This document shows positions 57,787 to 64,000 of a DNA stretch of 64,000 bases, one piece after another. This DNA comes from Alphaproteobacteria bacterium (lineage in GTDB: Bacteria > Pseudomonadota > Alphaproteobacteria > UBA828). Under the pieces are notes generated by a model, which was given only the letters and a program-made list of their open reading frames with translations, did not search any database and was not told the DNA's origin. The DNA lies in the NCBI GenBank assembly GCA_965221125.1, contig CBDCRW010000007.1, forward strand, positions 800,001-864,000, in the 5' to 3' direction. A program made the position numbers and the translations under genes. Position 1 is the stretch's first letter, and each line of letters starts with the position of its first letter.

Positions 57787-57878
57787 CCGGGTCGCGAAGC
57801 GGCCCGGACGGCGCGACCGCGCCGCGCGCCGAAGGCGCGTAGCCAAGCGAGCGGAGCGAGCGCCCGGCGACTGAGGGA
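57787..57878 (+). repeat. Hairpin-rich intergenic repeat, copy C
   Basis: CCGGGTCGC-GAA-GCGGCCCGG ACGGCGCG ... GGCGCGTAGCCAAGCGAGCGGAGCGAGCGCCCGGCG (identical to copy A) ..TGAGGGA. Confidence 0.85.
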
Positions 57879-57906
57879 TAAGAAAAAAGGCGCCTTTCAA
57901 ACTCCC

Positions 57907-58398
57907 CTAAAACTTCTCGGCGCGGAAGCTCCGGTGGCAGCCGCCGCAGCCGGCGCCCACCGCGCCGAACGCGCCCTGCAGGCTCGCGAGGTCGGTTCCC
58001 GCCGCCTCCAGCATCGCCTGCAGCGCCGTGGTCAGCGCGTCGGACTTCTCGACGATCGCCGGGAAGGTGGTCCAGATCTCGGGCAGGGCCCGGGTCTTGC
58101 CCGCAAGAGCAGGGTTGTCGTTGCCGGAACCTGGCGGCCACATCGCGCCCACGTCCATGGTGTTGAGCGCCAGCATGCTGTTGACCACCCCGGTCGCCTG
58201 CGCCGCGTCGTAGGGCACCTGCCCCTTCGCGATCGCCGCGAGCTGGCTCATGAAGAAGCCGTTGAGCTGCATGTGGGCCTGGCGGGCCTTGACTGCGGCC
58301 GAGTGGTCCTCCAGCGCGCTCGCCTCGTTCATGCCGGTGAACACGGCCAGCGCCATCGCCAGCGCTGCTGCGCCCGCTATCCATGCGCGTCTCGTCAT
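57907..58398 (-). CDS. Cytochrome c'/c556 family protein
   Basis: Signal peptide, KARQAHM, TRALPEIW, C-terminal CGGCH haem motif; start ATG 58398. Confidence 0.9.
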   Translation of the reverse strand: MTRRAWIAGAAALAMALAVFTGMNEASALEDHSAAVKARQAHMQLNGFFMSQLAAIAKGQVPYDAAQATGVVNSMLALNTMDVGAMWPPGSGNDNPALAGKTRALPEIWTTFPAIVEKSDALTTALQAMLEAAGTDLASLQGAFGAVGAGCGGCHRSFRAEKF

Positions 58399-58535
58399 CG
58401 CTTGCCCCCCTTGCCCGTGCATTGCAGGCCTGATTCCCTGCCGGAATGCTACCCCTCCCCGCGCCCCGCCGCCATCGCCAATTGCGCCTGCGGCTCGCCT
58501 GCCGGCCCGCGGCAGCCCCGGAGAGAATTCCAGAT

Positions 58536-60560
58536 CTAGAGACGCACGTCGTGCAGCGGCCGGCTCCAGTTGCGGGCGCGCTCTTCGACCCGCGCGATAT
58601 CCTCCTCCAGCATCAGGCCGTCCGCGACAAGGCGTTCCGCCGCCTCGACGATCGCGGCGACGTAGCCATCCGCGTCGCCGTAGCGCTGCTCGATGGATGG
58701 CCGCGGGTCGCCGGTGGCGGCGCGCACGGACTCCGTGTCGGGCAAGGGGATCGTGCTGCCGCTGAACTCGTGCATGGCGCCCTCGCCCTGCCCCCTGCTC
58801 CGCAGGTTCCAGCCGGTGTAGGTAGCGAGCGGCGCCTGGACCATCGGCACGCGGACCCCGGCGATGTCGTTGCCGTCGGCATCGACTGCCGGCACCAGCA
58901 CGGTGTAGCCCTCGGGACCCACGACCCTGGGCGGCAGCGTGCTCTGTATGCCGTGCTCCGCCTCCGTCCCGAAATCGTAGAGCGGCAGCGCGCTGGGTCC
59001 GCGCGGCGTGGCGACGCCCGGAATGGCGGGGAACTGCACGCGCCATTCCTCCATGCCGACGAGGGTGCCGTCACGGCGCCTGGGCGTGCGGCTTGCCGGC
59101 GGCTTCGTGCCGTCGCTCGCCCAGCGGTCCATCGCGTCGAGCAGCGCGCGGAACAGCATCGAGGTCTGGACCACGTTGCTCGGGTTCTGGCAGATGCCGC
59201 GCGCCGGCGCGCCCTGGTTGGGATCGGCCACGTGCGGCGCGCTCGACCAGAAGTAGACCCGCACGTTGGCGGGCTGCTCCAGGTCGTTTCCCTGGGTGTC
59301 GGTATGCACGAGCGAGCCGCGCCGCTGCCAGTATTCCGTGGCGCTCTGGCTGTGGAAGATCAGGGGGTCGGTCTCGGGCCGCTTGCAGATCGCATCCGAC
59401 CTGCCGGTCAGATGATCCGTGCTGGCCGCGTAGGAGAACGGGAAGCTGTCGGCGGCGTTGTCGTGGTCCTCGTACTGCTGGCCCGCCGGCACGACGACGT
59501 TGGCGAAGCGATGGTTCATCCACATGCGCCCGCAGCCGGCGACGTGCGCCAGCACGCCGTCGAACACCCTGCGCCCGGCGGCGTCGGCGTTGAAGCCGCG
59601 ATAGATCGCGTCGCGGATGCAGCGCCCCGTCTGCGAGCGGCCGAAGGCGTAGGCCTTCTCCACCGGCCCGCCGTCCGCCACCGGATTGGCGCGGCCCTCG
59701 CTGTCGTGCGTCTCGTACTTCAGGAAGCTCACCAGGTCCCGCACCGCGACGTAGCCCAGCCCAAGCACCAGCGGATCGCGGCCTTCGTAGACAAGCTCGT
59801 AGATCCAGCCGGGCTCGAACCCGCCCGGCATGTGGATGTGCGTGTCGGACTCCACGATCGCCTGCTCGGCGCCCTGGAAATCGAGGCCTGCGCCGCTCTC
59901 CACGCGCGCGAACTGCCACGCCTCCGGCGAAATCTCCACGCGTTCGTCGTCGGGGTAGCGCCGCCGCGTCAGCCGCGCCTTCGCCGGATCGCGCGAGACC
60001 GTCGGATGGCTCCGCGTGGAGACCCAGCCGCTCAGCGGCAGCGTGGTCTGACCGTTCTGGGCGACGATGAACTCGGTCCGCACCGGGCCCGTGATCGGCC
60101 CGCCGCCCTCGCTCGCGACGGGCAGGGTCAGGATCATGCGGCCGTCGCCCGGCAGCAGGTCCCCCTGCCAGGCGCCCCACACCACGGTATAGCCGCGGCG
60201 GAACAGGTAGCCGTTGCCGGCGTGCTCCAGCGTCGCCGGGTCGTTGCAGGCGGGCGCATCGCAAAAGTACTGCAACGCCCGCTTGTTGCCGCGGTTGCCG
60301 TAGTCGAAGAAGAGCCGCCTGTTGCCGCACGCCGGATCGACCGGCTTCAGGATGCAGAGGTCCGCCGCGAACTCGACCAGGCCGTCGCTGTTGCGCGGCG
60401 CCTTGTCCAGATCGACGATGCCGGCCTGCGCCGGTGCGTCCGGATCGACGGCAAACCGCGCCCGCCCGACCAGCCGCTCGTAGGCTCCGGCTCCGGCGAA
60501 TTCGTGACCGTCGGCGAAGGCGGCCCGTTCGTGAATGTCGATGGCGATTCTGTTTCTCAC
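58536..60560 (-). CDS. Uncharacterised large alpha/beta-hydrolase-domain protein
   Basis: GAYERL.G, IVDLDKAP, NRGNK, WQGD, FGRSQTGR, GFNAD, EYWQR, VDADGNDIAG, GDPRPSIEQRY. Probable GTG start at 60560. Confidence 0.75.
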   Translation of the reverse strand: MRNRIAIDIHERAAFADGHEFAGAGAYERLVGRARFAVDPDAPAQAGIVDLDKAPRNSDGLVEFAADLCILKPVDPACGNRRLFFDYGNRGNKRALQYFCDAPACNDPATLEHAGNGYLFRRGYTVVWGAWQGDLLPGDGRMILTLPVASEGGGPITGPVRTEFIVAQNGQTTLPLSGWVSTRSHPTVSRDPAKARLTRRRYPDDERVEISPEAWQFARVESGAGLDFQGAEQAIVESDTHIHMPGGFEPGWIYELVYEGRDPLVLGLGYVAVRDLVSFLKYETHDSEGRANPVADGGPVEKAYAFGRSQTGRCIRDAIYRGFNADAAGRRVFDGVLAHVAGCGRMWMNHRFANVVVPAGQQYEDHDNAADSFPFSYAASTDHLTGRSDAICKRPETDPLIFHSQSATEYWQRRGSLVHTDTQGNDLEQPANVRVYFWSSAPHVADPNQGAPARGICQNPSNVVQTSMLFRALLDAMDRWASDGTKPPASRTPRRRDGTLVGMEEWRVQFPAIPGVATPRGPSALPLYDFGTEAEHGIQSTLPPRVVGPEGYTVLVPAVDADGNDIAGVRVPMVQAPLATYTGWNLRSRGQGEGAMHEFSGSTIPLPDTESVRAATGDPRPSIEQRYGDADGYVAAIVEAAERLVADGLMLEEDIARVEERARNWSRPLHDVRL

Positions 60561-60588
60561 GCGCCGTGCTCCCAACTCTGCTCCACGC

Positions 60589-61395
60589 TCACCGCCCGGC
60601 GTCGCGCCAGGCGATGGCGGCGCGCAGTCCCTGCGTGCGCACGATCTCGAGGAACGCGCGCTTGGTCGCCGTTCCTTCGGCTTCGATCAGGAAGTCCTGC
60701 TCGAGCGCCATGTCCAGCGTCTCGTCGAAGCCCATCATGCGGTACATGCGGTTGACCGCCGCCTTGGTGCGCTTGAGCAGCGCGGGCTCGATCGCGGCCA
60801 TACGCCGCGCGAGCGCCAGCGCGGTCTCAACCTCTTCGCCCACCGGCACGACGCGGTTGACGAGCCCGATCTCGTAGGCGCGGGCAGCGTCGATCTCGTC
60901 CTCGCCGGAGAGCAGGATCTCCTTCGCGTGCTTGGGCCCGGTGAGCCAGGGCATGAGCATCACGACGATGCCGGCGCCGAAGCGCAGCTCGGGCTCGCCG
61001 AAGCGCGCGTCCTCGGCCGCCACCGTCACGTCGCAGGCAAGCGCCAGCTCGCAGCCGCCGGCGAGCGCGGGTCCCCGTACCGCAGCAATGGTGGGTTTCG
61101 AGAGATGCCAGAAGCGCATCACGGTGTCGAAGTCGTCGCGCAGCACGCCGCGCCATTGGGCGACGCCTGCGGGCGGGGCCGCGGCCTGCTCCTTGAGGTC
61201 GAAGCCTGAGGAAAAGGCGCCGCCCGCGCCGGTCACGACCAGCGCCCGGAGCGTTTCGTCGGTCTCGGCTGCATCGCACACCGCATGGAGTTCCGCCAGC
61301 ATGGTCCGGTCGATCGCGTTGGCGCGTTCGGGCCGGTTGAGCGTGACGAGCCCCACCGCGTCCTGCCGCTCGAACCTGATGCATCGATAGTCCAT
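60589..61395 (-). CDS. Enoyl-CoA hydratase/isomerase family protein
   Basis: TLNRPERANA, AFSSGFDL, KPTIAAV.G.ALAGG.ELA, FGEPE. Real start is ATG 61395 with a GGAGG SD; the rest of the 1011-aa ORF is antisense shadow. Confidence 0.92.
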   Translation of the reverse strand: MDYRCIRFERQDAVGLVTLNRPERANAIDRTMLAELHAVCDAAETDETLRALVVTGAGGAFSSGFDLKEQAAAPPAGVAQWRGVLRDDFDTVMRFWHLSKPTIAAVRGPALAGGCELALACDVTVAAEDARFGEPELRFGAGIVVMLMPWLTGPKHAKEILLSGEDEIDAARAYEIGLVNRVVPVGEEVETALALARRMAAIEPALLKRTKAAVNRMYRMMGFDETLDMALEQDFLIEAEGTATKRAFLEIVRTQGLRAAIAWRDAGR

Positions 61396-61560
61396 CGCTG
61401 GCCTCCGGGATGGATGCGCGGCACGACGATACCACTTCGCCACGTGAACCGAGTTGGCAGAACGGGCGCCCGGCAGCCCGGCTCTCATCGTGCCGGCTTC
61501 CGTGCCTTGCTTTCGCGCGCCCGCCCGGCAAGATGGCCACGGACCGGAGAAAGGCAGGAA

Positions 61561-63681
61561 ATGGGCAAGCAGGGCGATGCCCGCTACGTGGTCGCGACCG
61601 ATGTCGGCGGCACGTGCACGGATGCGGTGCTGTTCGCCGCCGGCGAGCCGGTGCGCCTCGGCAAGGCGCTCTCCACCCCGCCCGACTTCGCGGACGGCGT
61701 GCTCGCCGCCGTCGGCGCGGCGGCCGACGACATCGGCCTCAGCACGGATGCGCTGCTGGCGCGGACCGCGCTCTTCATGCACGGCTCGACGGTCGTGGAC
61801 AACACGCTGCTCACCCGCTCGGGCGCCAGGACCGGCCTCATCACCACGGAAGGTTTTGAGGACACGCTGACGATCACGCGCGGCGCCTACGGCCGCTGGG
61901 CCGGGCTCACCGAGGACGGCATCAAGCACCCGGTGGCGACCGACCGCGCGCCCCCCCTGGTGCCGGGCGCCCGCACCCGTGGCGTGCCGGAGCGGGTCGA
62001 CTACAAGGGCGCGGTGCTGCGCGAGCTGGACGAAGAGGCCGTGCGGCACGCGGTGCGCTCGCTGGTGGACGACGACGAGGTCGAGGCGCTCGCCGTCTCC
62101 TTCCTCTGGTCCTTCTACAATGACAGCCACGAGCGCCGCGTCGGCGCGCTGATCCGCGAGACCGCGCCCGGCACCTACGTCACGCTTTCCAGCGACATCG
62201 CGCCGGTGCCCGGCGAATACGAGCGCGCGTCGACCACGGTCATCAACGCCTACGCCGGGCGCATCGCCAGGGACTACATCACCAGCATCCAGGCGCTGCT
62301 GCGAGGGCGCGGCTACGACGGGCCTCTCCTGGTGATGCAGGGATACGGCGGCCTGCTGCCGGCGGAGGAAGCCGCCGAGCGGGCCGTGGGCATGCTCGAA
62401 TGCGGCCCCGCCGCCGGCGTCATCGGCAGCCGCCATCTCGGCCGGCTGATGGAGGACGAGGACATCATCGCCTGCGACATGGGGGGCACGACCTTCAAAG
62501 TGGGCGTGATCCAGGACGGCGCCATCGACTACGCCCGCGAGCCCATGGTCGACCGCTACCACTACGTGGCGCCGAAGATCGAGGTGGTCTCCATCGGCGC
62601 CGGCGGCGGCAGCATCGTGTCGCTGGACCCCGCCACCGGCGTGCCGGACGTGGGCCCGGCGAGCGCGGGCGCGAGGCCCGGCCCGATCTGCTACGGCTTC
62701 GGCGGCAGCGAGCCGACGCTCACCGACGTCATGCTGCTCGTCGGCTACATGGACCCCGGCACCTTTCTCGGCGGCACGATCACGCTCGACGCGGCGAAAG
62801 CGCGGGAAATCTTCACCGGGAAGATCGCCTCGCCGCTCGGCATGAGCGTCGAAGACGCCGCCATCGGCATCTACCGCATCGCTGCGGCGCAGATCTCCGA
62901 CCTCATCCACGAGATCACCGTCGAGCGCGGCCTCGACCCGCGCGACTTCGTGCTGCACGCCTTCGGCGGCACCTGCGGCCTGCTCTGCGGCGTGTTCGGC
63001 GCCGAGCTCGGGGTCAGGCGCATCGTCGTCCCCTACACCGCCGCGGTGAACGCGGCCTTCGGCCTGCTCTCGGCCGATATCGTCCACGAGTACAGCGTCA
63101 CCAAGACCCTGCCGGTGCCGAGCCCCGCCGTCGAGATCAACGCGATCTATGCGCCGATGATGGACCGCGCCCGCGAACAGCTTGCGGCCGAGGGATTCGC
63201 CGACGATGCCATCGCGCTCGACTGGTCCATCGATCTGCGCTACGGGCGTCAGGTGCACGAGGTGACGACGCCGGTGCAAGGCGGGGGGCCGATGGACGAC
63301 GATGCCGTGGGCCGTCTCGCGGCAGACTTCGAGGCGCTCTACGAGCGCAAGTTCGGCCAGGGCTCCGCCTACCGCGCCGCCGGCACGGAGATGACGATGT
63401 TTCGCCTCACCGCGCGCGGCCTGGTGGAGCGCCCGCAGGTCGAGACGGCTGCGCTGAATGGCGCCGACCCCGGCCGGGCGCTGATCGGCCGGCGCGACAT
63501 CTTCGTGGAGGCGGCGGGTGGGCTCGCGCCGGCCGACATCTTCGACTTCGCGCGCCTCGTGCCCGGCAACGTCATCGCCGGCCCGGCGGTGATCCACACG
63601 CCGATCACGACCATCGTCGTGCAATCCGGCCAGACCGGCCGGGTTGATGCGTACCGCAACACCATCATCGAACGCGATTGA
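61561..63681 (+). CDS. Hydantoinase A/oxoprolinase family protein (ATP-binding subunit)
   Basis: DVGGTCTD, HGSTV, EYERASTTVINAY, GPAAG, DMGGTT, IGAGGGSI, SAGARPGP, DLRYGRQ. Confidence 0.93.
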   Translation: MGKQGDARYVVATDVGGTCTDAVLFAAGEPVRLGKALSTPPDFADGVLAAVGAAADDIGLSTDALLARTALFMHGSTVVDNTLLTRSGARTGLITTEGFEDTLTITRGAYGRWAGLTEDGIKHPVATDRAPPLVPGARTRGVPERVDYKGAVLRELDEEAVRHAVRSLVDDDEVEALAVSFLWSFYNDSHERRVGALIRETAPGTYVTLSSDIAPVPGEYERASTTVINAYAGRIARDYITSIQALLRGRGYDGPLLVMQGYGGLLPAEEAAERAVGMLECGPAAGVIGSRHLGRLMEDEDIIACDMGGTTFKVGVIQDGAIDYAREPMVDRYHYVAPKIEVVSIGAGGGSIVSLDPATGVPDVGPASAGARPGPICYGFGGSEPTLTDVMLLVGYMDPGTFLGGTITLDAAKAREIFTGKIASPLGMSVEDAAIGIYRIAAAQISDLIHEITVERGLDPRDFVLHAFGGTCGLLCGVFGAELGVRRIVVPYTAAVNAAFGLLSADIVHEYSVTKTLPVPSPAVEINAIYAPMMDRAREQLAAEGFADDAIALDWSIDLRYGRQVHEVTTPVQGGGPMDDDAVGRLAADFEALYERKFGQGSAYRAAGTEMTMFRLTARGLVERPQVETAALNGADPGRALIGRRDIFVEAAGGLAPADIFDFARLVPGNVIAGPAVIHTPITTIVVQSGQTGRVDAYRNTIIERD

Positions 63682-63689
63682 GGCCCGCC

Positions 63690-64000
63690 ATGGACCCGAT
63701 CACCTTCTCCATCATCCGCCACCGGCTCTTCCGCGTCATCGACGAGGCGGTGATCACGCTGAAGCACGTCTCCGGCAGCGCGATCACCAACGAGGGCCAC
63801 GACCTCATGGTCTCCCTCTACCGCGCCGACGGCTCGCTGCTCATGGGGGGCGTCGGCTTCCTGCACCACCTGACCAGCGCCGCCGAAGCCTGCAAGGCGG
63901 TGATCCGCCGCTTCGAGGGCGACATCGGCGAGGGCGACGTGTTCCTCACCAACTGCCCCTATACGGCGGCACTCCACACGTCGGACATCTACCTGGTGGC
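63690..64000 (+). CDS. Hydantoinase B/oxoprolinase family protein, 3' partial
   Basis: Not in the ORF track. Translates MDPITFSIIRHRLFRVIDEAVITLKHVSGSAITNEGHDL...GDVFLTNCPY...HTSDI and runs off the window end. Confidence 0.88.
   Translation, partial: MDPITFSIIRHRLFRVIDEAVITLKHVSGSAITNEGHDLMVSLYRADGSLLMGGVGFLHHLTSAAEACKAVIRRFEGDIGEGDVFLTNCPYTAALHTSDIYLV

Noticed and set aside
57781-57877. TGAGGG on both sides of copy C as a target-site duplication
   Set aside because: Copies A and B have TGAGGG only at the 3' end, so it is part of the element; the 5' match includes the upstream gene's stop codon.
45735-57878. Hairpin repeats read as CRISPR repeats, integron attC sites, terminators or a riboswitch
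   Set aside because: Copies are 4-8 kb apart with no cas or intI gene and lack RYYYAAC/GTTRRRY ends. No U-tract follows the stems on either strand, and position relative to genes is inconsistent.
60589-63624. 1011-aa ORF suggesting a giant crotonase fusion
   Set aside because: Only the last 268 codons are crotonase, with their own SD and ATG at 61395; the rest is antisense to hyuA.

Overview
GC-rich window from an Alphaproteobacterium, probably Rhodospirillales-like (inferred from gene content and order). 1-3 kb: larA-like gene (5' partial), tungsten-type aldehyde:ferredoxin oxidoreductase and a MoaD/ThiS-like carrier. 3.0-4.4 kb: AT-rich insert with an unknown ORF carrying a PD-(D/E)xK-like motif. 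4.4-35 kb: housekeeping backbone of bcp, glnE, AsmA/YhdP-like, FrnE-like, aminotransferase and dehydrogenase genes, then mltB-like-rlpA-dacA-tmk-holB-metG-tatD-MBL-mazG on + converging on groEL-groES-hflX-hfq-HAD-dat-trkA-ntrX-ntrY on -. Near the convergence lies a 28-bp Xer dif-like site (22919-22946). A degenerate direct copy (26522-26549) brackets mazG and a divergent, CIRCE-controlled groESL. 35-64 kb: accessory catabolic region (amidase, LLMs, PPOX, TauD, PhyH, enolase-superfamily enzymes including a TarD-like one, BKACE, hydantoinases, tandem PxpB/PxpC-like pairs), plus glnS, two orphan antitoxins and three co-oriented copies of an unrecognised hairpin-rich repeat, one abutting an 'STGPKT' hypothetical gene. 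No rRNA, tRNA, CRISPR array, transposase or integrase was recognised. All calls come from reading motifs by eye; no database search or folding program was run.
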